Shown here piece after piece: positions 9,400 through 18,985 of a DNA stretch of 64,000 nt. Location: the IMG/VR virus record IMGVR_UViG_3300032053_000008. One strand, written 5' to 3'. The position numbers were made by a program, and so were the translations under genes. The notes under the pieces are model-generated. The model saw only the letters and a program-made list of their open reading frames with translations. It had not been told where the DNA came from and did no database searches. Origin of the DNA: a virus. Numbering within the stretch: position 1 is the stretch's first letter; every line of letters begins with the position of its first letter.

Positions 9400-10356
9400 T
9401 TAAAAAATTGATTGTAATCTGATAGATCCCGACCATCGATAATTATCTGAAGTTGGGGACTTAACATTAAAAGTTATAGAGCTTGTGCCTAGAGTATACG
9501 ACACATTAAAACCATTACTAGATTTAACCGTAAAATCTGACTGCCAACCTGAACCTTGTAATTGAGCACTAGAGGACTGGCAATAAACAACCATAGACCT
9601 TTTAAAACACGCCCTATCTGTTCCGTCAGTTTTTCTAGCAATAACCTCAAACTCTACACTATTAACAGATGGATCTGGAATATTTATAGTATAGCAAGTT
9701 TGAAAAGTATTGGCATTGGTTTCAACATAAAATGTATCCTGTTGTAATCCCGTAGCATTAGCCGAAACGTGACTTTTTTGTTCAAATTGCATTCCAGGAC
9801 TAGAAGTACCTAAACCAAATCTTTGATTTGTAGTAAATCTAGCGGCTTCAATTGAGTTTGTTTTTAATACAAGCCCTTGAAAATCATTGGTACCTAAAAA
9901 ATTAGGTCCAGCTGTTGTTCCGTAATTGCCGCTTACGTCCCAATTAGCTGGATCTCCAGCTATAGCCAAATCAACACTAGCTACAACATATAAAATACCA
10001 TCAGTAGCGCTTTGCCGAAGAACAACAGCAATAATTGGACCACCAATAACACTAGTTAAATTGCCAGAAGAACTGCAATACAAAGAGGTTCCAACAATCC
10101 AAGAAGAGGTGTTTAGCGATCTCATTAATCCAATACAGGTAACAGTACCTTTGGTTCCGGCTAAAATATCTGATTGAGCTATACCAAAACTAGCGTAAAC
10201 ATTAGAATTTCCCAATTTAACTGTTGGGAATTGTATACCAAACCCGTCAATACGTACCACTTGACCTTTAGTAATAGTTAAAGCTTCCGAGTTTTCAACT
10301 TGTTGACTACTTGGAGCATGTAAGTCTGTATAATCTAACTGTCTATGGTAACTCAA
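9400..10356 (-). CDS. Fibre protein with DUF2190/head-fibre-like N-terminus
   Basis: ITKGQVVRI...FGIA...GTVTCIG...LYCSSSG pattern; FLGTND..L.LKTN..E..R fibre motif; C-terminal domain similar to that of 7362..9389. Confidence 0.6.
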   Translation of the reverse strand: MSYHRQLDYTDLHAPSSQQVENSEALTITKGQVVRIDGFGIQFPTVKLGNSNVYASFGIAQSDILAGTKGTVTCIGLMRSLNTSSWIVGTSLYCSSSGNLTSVIGGPIIAVVLRQSATDGILYVVASVDLAIAGDPANWDVSGNYGTTAGPNFLGTNDFQGLVLKTNSIEAARFTTNQRFGLGTSSPGMQFEQKSHVSANATGLQQDTFYVETNANTFQTCYTINIPDPSVNSVEFEVIARKTDGTDRACFKRSMVVYCQSSSAQLQGSGWQSDFTVKSSNGFNVSYTLGTSSITFNVKSPTSDNYRWSGSIRLQSIF

Positions 10357-10371
10357 TGAAATTGCTCCTAT

Positions 10372-11007
10372 TTATATAACTACTACGTTACCATTATTAT
10401 CAATAACTATAGCTGGATCTTCTTTAATGTAGGTACTGGAATATAGATCATATTGCACTCTTATAGATCCAGCTGGAGTATATTCATGGGTAATTATATC
10501 ATTATAATTTACTAGGTTATCTTGAGTGTGAAAATGGTCCACCCTGTTATATATTATACCCCCCAGTTCTGGTCTAGGTGGGGTAGTGATATTGGCGTTA
10601 AACATACTTCCACCAGTGCTGCTTTGGCGAGCAACAGATGGATCGTTTATGACCACAAACATTCTGCCGTCTAAGGTCGCGGTTCCTACATAGTCCTGTA
10701 TTAAAAATCCTACGTCCCCTGGAACAACCGTTATAGTATTGGTCAAGTTGTCATAGTTAGATACCTTAAATAGTTTACCTGTATTGGGTCCACCAGAGGT
10801 CACCCTAAAGTAACATCCATTTTTAAGCCAATTTGGTATCATAGCAGGACTAGAAAAAGTGATAGTCTGGTTAGCAGCACTAAAAGCCATAGTGCCAGAT
10901 GATATCTCACAATAGTCATCAACGCCAGTTAGCTTTTTAGATCTACCACCCCAAATAACATTTAAACCTATTAATTTTTTAATAAACTGTGGCCATGTTT
11001 CTAGCAT
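10372..11007 (-). CDS. Hypothetical virion protein
   Basis: Beta-rich; shares a P[NE]WLK..G...V..G.N.G module with 11001..12323. Confidence 0.55.
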   Translation of the reverse strand: MLETWPQFIKKLIGLNVIWGGRSKKLTGVDDYCEISSGTMAFSAANQTITFSSPAMIPNWLKNGCYFRVTSGGPNTGKLFKVSNYDNLTNTITVVPGDVGFLIQDYVGTATLDGRMFVVINDPSVARQSSTGGSMFNANITTPPRPELGGIIYNRVDHFHTQDNLVNYNDIITHEYTPAGSIRVQYDLYSSTYIKEDPAIVIDNNGNVVVI

Positions 11008-12323
11008 GGGTTGGTATCTCCGGTATATATATCTGCCCCGTCAACATCACTATATGCAGTAGAGACTCTGGTTACCTCTAGAGCACAGCCGTAACTGAAA
11101 TTAGTGCTTTTAATTTTATCCCCAAGAGATCCGTTTAAATTGGCAATTACATCTACAGTAGCAACAGGTCCAGGCACAACAGAAATAAAAGCAAACCTAC
11201 TGTCTAAATAACCAACACCGCTACCAGCAACAAAAGTATCACCAATTACTATACTGTTATAAATACTGAACTTCAAGTCTATAGTTTCATTGGCCGTTAG
11301 TCCAGTAAAGGTAACCTTTTTCTGGCTGATGTTATAGCTAGTGACAGTTAAAGTAAGCCCAACATTTAAGCCGTTGATTACTTTAATTTTCCTGCCTATC
11401 ACTTTTAGCCACTCTGGTACCGTCTTGAAAACCATGGTACCAAGGCCGCTATTTATCACCACTTGGTCCGAAGACTGGTTAAAGGTGCCGTAGTCCCCAG
11501 ATACTATCTGGTGTATGATACCGTCATTTGCACCGGTTCCCGCTGCCTGGAAATACTTAGCTTTTTTGGCCGTAAGGTATTCTGGAGCTAGAGCATTAAA
11601 GTAGATGGTATTTGTAGTAAAGATCACGTCACCCGATTGAGTTAAATAGGTGTTTTCGTAATCATTAAAGCCAGTTATCGTATAGGTAGTTTCGTTTACT
11701 GGACTACCATCTCCCGCAGTTTCATAATAATACAAAGAGCTTGGGTTAGAGGCCATAAACGGCAAAGGGGTAGTAAAAATGGCTATACCAGCTGGAACAT
11801 CACACAAGCGCATACTACCCAAATAACCCTTAGATTGGTCTCTAACAAATTCCCTTATTTCCCTAAGGTTATATTGGCAATCATAGACAAATCTTGCCTC
11901 AGGGTAGTCGGTGTCTAGGCTGCCTTCTTGGGTGGTAAGGTAATTACCGTGTTGGCTAACCAGTGCGGACCTGACAGCCAATATAGGCTCTTCTGCTAAG
12001 GTCATCTTGCCGGGTTCTGTGCCTACCGGGTAAACCCTGGCTTGTTCTGGAGCATCTAACATACCGCCAGTAAACTGAGCTAGATTCAATGAACTTAGGT
12101 CTTGATTGTTTTCGAGCTTGACCGTTATAAATCTAGCGTCCCAGACCCTAGCTATGACCAGCTCGGTACTAAAAAGACCATTTTTACGCAAAATTAACTT
12201 TTGACCAACAAACAAACCGGTAGTAGTATACACTTCTATGGTGTTACCATTTACTGTTATATTCTCGATGGTTATACGGGGCCAAGTTTGGGCCGTCAAC
12301 CCTGAGCCTATTTGCTTGTCCAC
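11001..12323 (-). CDS. Hypothetical virion protein
   Basis: 440 aa, beta-rich; first gene of the fibre operon. Confidence 0.6.
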   Translation of the reverse strand: MDKQIGSGLTAQTWPRITIENITVNGNTIEVYTTTGLFVGQKLILRKNGLFSTELVIARVWDARFITVKLENNQDLSSLNLAQFTGGMLDAPEQARVYPVGTEPGKMTLAEEPILAVRSALVSQHGNYLTTQEGSLDTDYPEARFVYDCQYNLREIREFVRDQSKGYLGSMRLCDVPAGIAIFTTPLPFMASNPSSLYYYETAGDGSPVNETTYTITGFNDYENTYLTQSGDVIFTTNTIYFNALAPEYLTAKKAKYFQAAGTGANDGIIHQIVSGDYGTFNQSSDQVVINSGLGTMVFKTVPEWLKVIGRKIKVINGLNVGLTLTVTSYNISQKKVTFTGLTANETIDLKFSIYNSIVIGDTFVAGSGVGYLDSRFAFISVVPGPVATVDVIANLNGSLGDKIKSTNFSYGCALEVTRVSTAYSDVDGADIYTGDTNPC

Positions 12324-12349
12324 TTACGCCCCTTTTTGACCACCGGCAC

Positions 12350-12377
12350 TAAAGTTTTCATACAATTGTGCCGATAT
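12350..12377 (+). promoter_or_regulatory. Sigma-28-type promoter
   Basis: TAAAGTTT-N12-GCCGATAT, directly upstream of the plus-strand operon (RBS AGGAGG, start 12416). Confidence 0.75.
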
Positions 12378-12415
12378 AAGATTAAGATTCGGTTAAATTA
12401 CTTAGGAGGTAAAAA

Positions 12416-12646
12416 TTGTCAACAAAAACGGTAGCTAACTCGATACTTCAAGATTTACAGACTATTATAGAAAGGACTCAAAACGAACTACAAGACAAAG
12501 TTGGTATATTCCCAGGAACTATGGTAGCAATAGCTCAATCTAGGGTCAATTCGTTTTTGATAGAATGCGGGTTAAACAAAGTTTATATTATAGTAGATTG
12601 CAACTCAAACGGCAAATTAACACTAGAAACCTTGGAGGGAACATGA
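12416..12646 (+). CDS. Hypothetical protein
   Basis: Strong AGGAGGT RBS, TTG start. Confidence 0.6.
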   Translation: MSTKTVANSILQDLQTIIERTQNELQDKVGIFPGTMVAIAQSRVNSFLIECGLNKVYIIVDCNSNGKLTLETLEGT

Positions 12647-12996
12647 GCGACAGAGAAAAAATTGACAGTTTGGTTGATTTGTTTATGGATGAAATGGATA
12701 GACTTGGTGTCATTTGCATAATTGGCGGAATTGAAACAAAGACAGACACTTTGATCAATATGTCTAATTCATCATCAATAGCAGATTTACTTGAGGTAAT
12801 ATGCTATACTAATGCTGTTGCGTCTGGTGTTATAGCTGAAGCTACATCTTTATTGCCTGAGATAATTGCAGCTGATTTATATGATGTCACGCTAGATATG
12901 ATACAGGAAATGAAAGATGGTCAATTAAATGCCCCAATAAAAGAGTTTGGAGCTAAACTTGCAGTAGTAAAAAAGAAAAACGACGACCTTAACTAA
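12643..12996 (+). CDS. Acidic hypothetical protein
   Basis: Start moved to MSDREK (GGAGG RBS; ATGA overlap with the preceding gene). Confidence 0.6.
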   Translation: MSDREKIDSLVDLFMDEMDRLGVICIIGGIETKTDTLINMSNSSSIADLLEVICYTNAVASGVIAEATSLLPEIIAADLYDVTLDMIQEMKDGQLNAPIKEFGAKLAVVKKKNDDLN

Positions 12997-13007
12997 TTGG
13001 AGTAATA

Positions 13008-13232
13008 ATGTCTAATATTATACCGTTCCCAAAGAAAAACGATCATGGACGTACACCTCTACATGTTAGTCGTATTGATGGCAAACTTAAAGGTAGTCCT
13101 TATTTACATAAAGATGAAGATCAAGATTTTGGCGCTAGAATGGAAAGAATTAAAGCCAGTCTAAAAAGAATTAATGACCTTATGGATGAGCTAAAAAATG
13201 CTTCTAAACCAAGACATGATTCTAACGATTAA
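13008..13232 (+). CDS. Small hypothetical protein (NIIPFP N-terminus, C-terminal coiled coil)
   Basis: GGAG RBS; operon context. Confidence 0.65.
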   Translation: MSNIIPFPKKNDHGRTPLHVSRIDGKLKGSPYLHKDEDQDFGARMERIKASLKRINDLMDELKNASKPRHDSND

Positions 13233-13542
13233 CATTTTGGCTATTTTGTCAGAAAAGCCAATCCCTATGGTGCAAATAGCCAAAGAGGTTGGTACAACGT
13301 ATCACTACGTACACAAAATAACCAAAAAACTCAACAAAAAGAAATGGATAGCTTCTAGGTCTGGGCCTCATGGAGGGATTGTGTGTGTGCCTAGATTTTT
13401 GAATCTAAGAGATATTATTGAACTATGGGAAAGTCCCCATTCTTTGGCTAGGGCTGCCGCTAAAAACAAAGGGGCAGCTATAGCTTATGAAGAATGGCTT
13501 ATAGCTGCCGAACAGGTCAGAGTTAGGACGTTTGGCGGATGA
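13198..13542 (+). CDS. Rrf2-family winged-HTH regulator
   Basis: IAKEVGTTYHYVHKITKKL..WIASRSGPHGG..L.LRDII matches the Rrf2 signature; the Fe-S cysteine cluster is absent. Confidence 0.75.
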   Translation: MLLNQDMILTINILAILSEKPIPMVQIAKEVGTTYHYVHKITKKLNKKKWIASRSGPHGGIVCVPRFLNLRDIIELWESPHSLARAAAKNKGAAIAYEEWLIAAEQVRVRTFGG

Positions 13543-13546
13543 TTAT

Positions 13547-14041
13547 CTAGTCATTATTTGAATCTGATAGAACCTTTGCCCTAAAGGTTCCTGTCATTTT
13601 ATACCATTCTTTATACAAAAAAGCATTAGATTTACCGTAGTTACATCTACTGCAGCAAACTACGCAACTCTTATTGGTATAACCTCCATCATTTTCTTTT
13701 CTGTCTAAAAAGTATTTACCAGAATTAAAAGATTTCCATTCAATTAAATCATAACAATAGTGACATCTTTTTATCTCAACAAACATCAAGAAATCATTAA
13801 AAGTAATATCTATTGGTAAATTTTTCTTTTTGGCGGTATTTACCAATGATTTATACGACTTATTAAATGGTTCCATTCTTTGAGAACAAACAGTACATTT
13901 ATCGGTCACCCTTTTAAAATGTCTTACTCTTAAGACATTGTCGCAGTCGGCGCACTTGAAAATATAAACATGATGTCCAGATGGTTGAAGCTCTTTTCCA
14001 ATAGCCAAATCCTTATTAAACTTAAACACCGCAGACACCAC
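13547..14041 (-). CDS. Free-standing HNH (His-Me finger) endonuclease
   Basis: CxxC pairs, CHYC, LDR..N..GY...VVCCSRCN. Confidence 0.7.
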   Translation of the reverse strand: MVSAVFKFNKDLAIGKELQPSGHHVYIFKCADCDNVLRVRHFKRVTDKCTVCSQRMEPFNKSYKSLVNTAKKKNLPIDITFNDFLMFVEIKRCHYCYDLIEWKSFNSGKYFLDRKENDGGYTNKSCVVCCSRCNYGKSNAFLYKEWYKMTGTFRAKVLSDSNND

Positions 14042-15644
14042 CTACACATTCCATTTCTTTTTCCTCATAAACAACACCCTCAAAACTCATAGCAACATCA
14101 AGAGGAATTCTAGTCAATGGCTGTCCACCTCTCGATGCGTCTGGGTAACAAGTAAACCCTCTTAATCTTTTGGCATACTTCAAAAGAGTTGAGCTGTAGT
14201 CTTCCAGCGTTTCTTCTGAATTTTCTTCCGTTCCCCATTGAGGTAAATTACATGTAGAGCTAATAGACATATCTACATAATTTTGCACATCTGCTTGAAA
14301 TTTAACGCGATCTTTAAATGATATGTCATAAGCATCTTGAATTTGATCTAGCTTGACACCAGAAGCCAAAAGACGCTTAACCGCTCCATCAACCACATAC
14401 TCAAAGTGCCACTCCTTGTCTTTTAGATACCGGCGCTTATAAGCTTTGCAAAACAAAGGCTCTATGCCTGTTGTAGTTTCAGCAATAATACCAATAGTAC
14501 CAGTTGGGGCAATAGCTCTAATACCTTTTGGCATAGCCACACCTAAAGACTTAGACCATATATAAGCCGAGCTATTTGATTCTTGTTCATAAAGGTTAAG
14601 CCATTTATGGAGTTCTGGGGTTACTTCATATTTGTAACCCCTTTGCATTAACCATTCGTGCATTCCACCTAAACCTAAACCTATCCTGTTGTTTTTATTG
14701 CCAACTTCTTTAATTTTATCTGTTGGAACCTGAGAATAGATACCCCCACACAACAAAAAAGCTGTGGCTATATGGCAAATACGCGCAAACTCTTCTTTTG
14801 ATGAACACCTGTTCATCCAAACGGTACCTAGATTACACTTGTCAGAATCATCTGAACTGGTTACTTCAGTGCAAGCGTTTCTCAATGATTCCGAGTCTTT
14901 ACAGAAATTAAAACTCATGCCAGGTTCGGCAGAGGAAAAAGCTTGCTTGCAATTATTGTCCCACACTTTTTTAGCTTTAGTGTGATCTGGATGTAGCGGA
15001 TTTTCAATTGCAACAAAGAAAGAGGTATCATAAATTACTGATATGTTTGTTCCTTCCATTGACATAGCAAAATTGAAATCTTTATCTTTAAGTTCTCTCA
15101 AGTTTTGTGGCCAATCCTTAAGATGAATAAACTTATGAATATCGGCATGGTCCCACTGCAGTCCTGCCCAAATAGCCGATCTTCTTTGCCCACCCTGCAT
15201 TATATATCTACCAGCTTCATTTACCATGTGCATTAAAGCTAGGGGACCGGTAGAAGTTCCACCGGTTTTTCTAATAATAGCCCCCTCTGGACGCAGCAAA
15301 GAATAGTCAAAACCTATACCTCCACCTGACATTAAAGCTGAGGTGGTTTTATACATTGCATCTGCCCATCCTTCACGGCTATCTTCAGCTCTAAAAAGAA
15401 AGCAGTTATTGACCTGATGAAACTCTCTCCCTGATGCGTACAAGTACCTTCCACCAGGGATAAACTTGCGATCTAGCATAGCTTGAAGGATTTCTTGTTT
15501 AAGTTCTTGTGGCAAAAGTTGATTGGTAACTGAATCAACAACCCGTTGACAGGTATCTTTCCATGTCTCCTGGCCGTTCATTGAGTATTTTTGAAGGTAG
15601 ATATTGCTAGCAAAAGAAGAAGAAAACGGTGCAAAATTAGACAT
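14022..15644 (-). CDS. nrdJ: Class II (B12-dependent) ribonucleotide reductase
   Basis: PGGR, NNCF, GGGIG, NACTE, CNLG, APTGT motifs; C-terminal CVGGVCGV; no beta-subunit gene in the window. Start moved to MSNFAPF (AAAGGAG RBS). Confidence 0.85.
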   Translation of the reverse strand: MSNFAPFSSSFASNIYLQKYSMNGQETWKDTCQRVVDSVTNQLLPQELKQEILQAMLDRKFIPGGRYLYASGREFHQVNNCFLFRAEDSREGWADAMYKTTSALMSGGGIGFDYSLLRPEGAIIRKTGGTSTGPLALMHMVNEAGRYIMQGGQRRSAIWAGLQWDHADIHKFIHLKDWPQNLRELKDKDFNFAMSMEGTNISVIYDTSFFVAIENPLHPDHTKAKKVWDNNCKQAFSSAEPGMSFNFCKDSESLRNACTEVTSSDDSDKCNLGTVWMNRCSSKEEFARICHIATAFLLCGGIYSQVPTDKIKEVGNKNNRIGLGLGGMHEWLMQRGYKYEVTPELHKWLNLYEQESNSSAYIWSKSLGVAMPKGIRAIAPTGTIGIIAETTTGIEPLFCKAYKRRYLKDKEWHFEYVVDGAVKRLLASGVKLDQIQDAYDISFKDRVKFQADVQNYVDMSISSTCNLPQWGTEENSEETLEDYSSTLLKYAKRLRGFTCYPDASRGGQPLTRIPLDVAMSFEGVVYEEKEMECVGGVCGV

Positions 15645-15672
15645 ATATACTCCTTTAGTGATTTTTTGGGAT

Positions 15673-15716
15673 AAAAAAACCACAAGCTTACTGATTGTAG
15701 CCAAGTAAGTTTGTGG
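15673..15716 (-). terminator. Intrinsic terminator after the tail tube gene
   Basis: 13-bp inverted repeat with one mismatch (CCACAAGCTTACT/AGTAAGTTTGTGG) followed by T7 on the minus strand. Confidence 0.75.
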
Positions 15717-15722
15717 GGTCAA
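15694..15722 (-). promoter_or_regulatory. Sigma-70 promoter for nrdJ, embedded in the terminator hairpin
   Basis: TTGACC-N17-TACAAT on the minus strand, about 50 nt upstream of the nrdJ start. Confidence 0.7.
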
Positions 15723-15735
15723 TGTGATAAATTAT

Positions 15736-16209
15736 TTAGCCTGGGGTAGAACCGTCAGTCAGATTGACTGCTCCGGTGTCTTCGTCAGACTTCACAGATT
15801 CATCCCAAGCGATAGTACCGATGATGTCAACCCGGATGTCGCTAACGCCGCGTGAAGCAGCTCCAGACGACCAACCAGTGACTCGGCAACCGTTTGCTTG
15901 GAAGATGGACTTCTTAAGTTGACGATCTTCGATAGACACCGAAAAATCCTCTTCGGTCAACAGCTGGTACAAGTGGCTAGCACCTGCAACAGCGTATGGA
16001 CCTGCATCGATAACTCGGTATCCAGTCAAGGTAAGCTGAACAGCTTCTTGAGTGGTAGGTGTGATTTCTGCTGGGTTATAGCGACCAAGGATAAACTGTG
16101 GCACTTTTTCTTGACGGATAGACCAGCTAGCGTTAGAAAAAAGGCCCACAACCTTACCGTTAATGGTAACTTTAGCTCTGGCACCTGTAAAAATTTTAGA
16201 CTGAGCCAT
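15736..16209 (-). CDS. Tail tube protein
   Basis: 157 aa immediately after the sheath; FTGARAKV.INGKVVG..LGRYNPAEI pattern. Confidence 0.8.
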   Translation of the reverse strand: MAQSKIFTGARAKVTINGKVVGLFSNASWSIRQEKVPQFILGRYNPAEITPTTQEAVQLTLTGYRVIDAGPYAVAGASHLYQLLTEEDFSVSIEDRQLKKSIFQANGCRVTGWSSGAASRGVSDIRVDIIGTIAWDESVKSDEDTGAVNLTDGSTPG

Positions 16210-16219
16210 ATTTTATCCC

Positions 16220-18964
16220 TTATTGTACTGCTTCTTGGGTTACTTCGCTGATCGACAATGTGATTGGCACAAAGTAGATCAATCCTGCTAACTTAGCTTC
16301 AACCGTTACAGTCATTACACCGCCAACCAATCTAACAGAAGCATTCTTGTATCCAAGAGGTGCATCATTAGAAGTAGCGATCCACTTGAGTCGGTAAAAG
16401 TTATACATTTGACCTTGAAGGAAGGACAAGGCAGCTGCAGCCGAAACTTCAGCAACTGATTGACCAACCACAACTTTGTCAAAAGCATCGATCAAGCTGA
16501 GGGTCATCAAGTCAGCCAAGTAGACGGCCTGAATGCTGTTGAACACAAAGTTAGAGTCAAGCGTGTAGGTAGTTTGGTCGCTAACGAACCGGAACCCGCC
16601 AGTGTTCACAGATTCCAAAGGAAGGAGACCGGCCTTAAGGGCGGTTTCCTTTTGGCTATAGCTGCGAGCATTGTAACTTCCATCAGCATGGAACAAACCA
16701 GCGATATTAGCGAATTTTTTGACAATACCACGGTAACCAGCAGCTGCTTGCATACCTGATGCGATTACGGCAGCCATCCAAGGCTGGTAAGACACGATCA
16801 GACCGCTAGCGCTGAGGTTTCTAACGTCTTGGAAAGACAAAGAACAACGGAAAGAAGTTAAATCACCTGCAGCTTCTTGTTGTTCAGTAAAGGTGCCAAC
16901 TCGTGACAAAAATGCTTGGCGATTAGCTCTAGACTTAACAGCGCTGCTAGAAATTACGTTAGACTTACAGGCTGCATTAATGGCATCGATTGTATAAGTA
17001 GAGCTAGACGAAGTTTCGCCAGTAGCGATATCGGTCGTAGCATCAGCCGAGAACAAAGGAACCAGGAAGTTCAAAGTAAGGTCTTTGGTTGCCTCAACTG
17101 CTGAGATTACGTCAGCGCCAGTTGTGCCACCCCGAAGTCCGCCGCTAAGGAAGTTAAAAGGTACCAAAACTTCTGGCAAACCAGCTGTTGCTGCCATAAC
17201 AGTAGACACCAAAGTAGACGAAGCCATTTCAGCTGCCCAGTCAAAAGCATCATACTTGATGCGAGCTGCTTCGTATCCAGTGATACTAGAAGCACCAAAG
17301 GTAGCTTTGTCCAAAGACCTGGGTGATACAAAGTTGAATTTGCTAGAACCAATGCTAGCCGACCAACCATTTTGAGCATTAATTGAAGCAACCAAATCAG
17401 CTAGTGTCAAGATTGTGTCAAAACTGAAAGTCAAAACACCGTTTGTGTCAGTAAGAGTCATGGCAGATGAAGAAACTTGAACTGTAGCTGTAGCACTTGT
17501 ACTACCAATACGAACAATAATATCTCCACCAGCTTCAATGGTGTTTGTATTGGAACCTTGGGTTAAGGTCATGCGGTTGATATATTCTGCACTAGAAGTG
17601 TAGAAAGTATCACCAGCATCGCTAGCTGCACCAGCCGAAGTTCTCAAAAAGGCGTCATAGTCACCAAAGGTTTCCATGGACTTACCGGTACCATCGATAG
17701 TCGATTTCAGGACCGTAAAGCCAGCAACCACGGCACTAGCCGAACCACTGGTACCAGCACTGCCGTAGCTCATGCGGAAACAGGTGATAGAAGTAGAGGT
17801 AGAACCAGTTACGCTATAGAAACCAGGCTGAATACCAGCAAAAGCTGCAGTAACTTTAAGGATGTCGCCAACACTAGGTTTGCCAACAAAAGCAACGCTA
17901 GACGTAATAGATACATTAGTACCGTCATTAATAACAGTCCAGTTAGCAGTTCCAGTAGACACAGTGCGAGCTTGGCCGGTTATATTATAGATACTGACCT
18001 GTTCCCACAAAACCAAGTCTTTTTCGCCAGAGTCAATTACACCGCTACCGGCTTCGATTGGTCCAGCAACGTTAATTGGTTTAAGGGTCATAGAGGCGTT
18101 AGAGGCTGTATTGGTTACGCTAAGAACAACATAGCTACCAATATTACCGTTACTTGCACCTTTAACGCAAGAAGAAACAACCGCGCCAAAAGAACCGGCA
18201 GCAGGGATAATTACTGTAGACCCAAGAGCAGGTACAGCGGCAAATGTTTGGCCAGTAGCCAAGGTAATTTTCAGGTTAGTGGATTGGACACTAGCGGTAA
18301 GAGCGATACCTGCCTTACCAGACAAAGAAGCTATAGCTGCTCCACCGGAAACCATAATTCCATTAGAAACGCTACCAACGGCAGCAGCAAAAGCTGCTAC
18401 GTCATCGCCAGCAGACAAGGTAAATGCATGGTTAGATGAACCGTTGATGTTGATAGAGCATCCAGTTGTGCTACCGGTATACAAAGGTGTATAAGCTTTA
18501 AGTAGAATAGTTGGAACAATTTCAGATTGAGCGACTTCGGACTTATAACGAACAAGGTTACCGGAATCTCCACCACGTACTGCTGCCAAAAGAGCATAGT
18601 CGGCAATACCAGATCTAGTCAGGATTGCGGAAGCTTTAGTAGATGCATTGGTTTTGATAATACGGATAGAAGCTGGTGCTCCGGCTACTTGTGGGTCCGA
18701 CGAAGGAGCCACAATAGACCGGTAAGCATCGACAATACGGCCTGAACCGTACTTTTGCAAAACTGCGTCAAATTGGTCTGGTCCAAAGATATTGGCATTT
18801 AGGTCAGTTTCCTGACTAAAGCCAGGACCTTCGGCTGCTTCGCCGACAAGAGCGACAACGCCAGAGGTTGGAATACCGGTTTGGCCAGAAATGACCTTTT
18901 GGGTCACATACGTTCCTGGTACTGTTAGTACAAGTCCGTCTGCGGTGATTGTTTGTTGCGCCAT
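16220..18964 (-). CDS. Tail sheath protein
   Basis: PGTYV, VALVGEAAEGP N-terminus; LSGG; C-terminal sheath domain (DQTTY, IYFVPITL). Confidence 0.9.
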   Translation of the reverse strand: MAQQTITADGLVLTVPGTYVTQKVISGQTGIPTSGVVALVGEAAEGPGFSQETDLNANIFGPDQFDAVLQKYGSGRIVDAYRSIVAPSSDPQVAGAPASIRIIKTNASTKASAILTRSGIADYALLAAVRGGDSGNLVRYKSEVAQSEIVPTILLKAYTPLYTGSTTGCSININGSSNHAFTLSAGDDVAAFAAAVGSVSNGIMVSGGAAIASLSGKAGIALTASVQSTNLKITLATGQTFAAVPALGSTVIIPAAGSFGAVVSSCVKGASNGNIGSYVVLSVTNTASNASMTLKPINVAGPIEAGSGVIDSGEKDLVLWEQVSIYNITGQARTVSTGTANWTVINDGTNVSITSSVAFVGKPSVGDILKVTAAFAGIQPGFYSVTGSTSTSITCFRMSYGSAGTSGSASAVVAGFTVLKSTIDGTGKSMETFGDYDAFLRTSAGAASDAGDTFYTSSAEYINRMTLTQGSNTNTIEAGGDIIVRIGSTSATATVQVSSSAMTLTDTNGVLTFSFDTILTLADLVASINAQNGWSASIGSSKFNFVSPRSLDKATFGASSITGYEAARIKYDAFDWAAEMASSTLVSTVMAATAGLPEVLVPFNFLSGGLRGGTTGADVISAVEATKDLTLNFLVPLFSADATTDIATGETSSSSTYTIDAINAACKSNVISSSAVKSRANRQAFLSRVGTFTEQQEAAGDLTSFRCSLSFQDVRNLSASGLIVSYQPWMAAVIASGMQAAAGYRGIVKKFANIAGLFHADGSYNARSYSQKETALKAGLLPLESVNTGGFRFVSDQTTYTLDSNFVFNSIQAVYLADLMTLSLIDAFDKVVVGQSVAEVSAAAALSFLQGQMYNFYRLKWIATSNDAPLGYKNASVRLVGGVMTVTVEAKLAGLIYFVPITLSISEVTQEAVQ

Positions 18965-18985
18965 TTTATTAATAATCTCCCGTGC

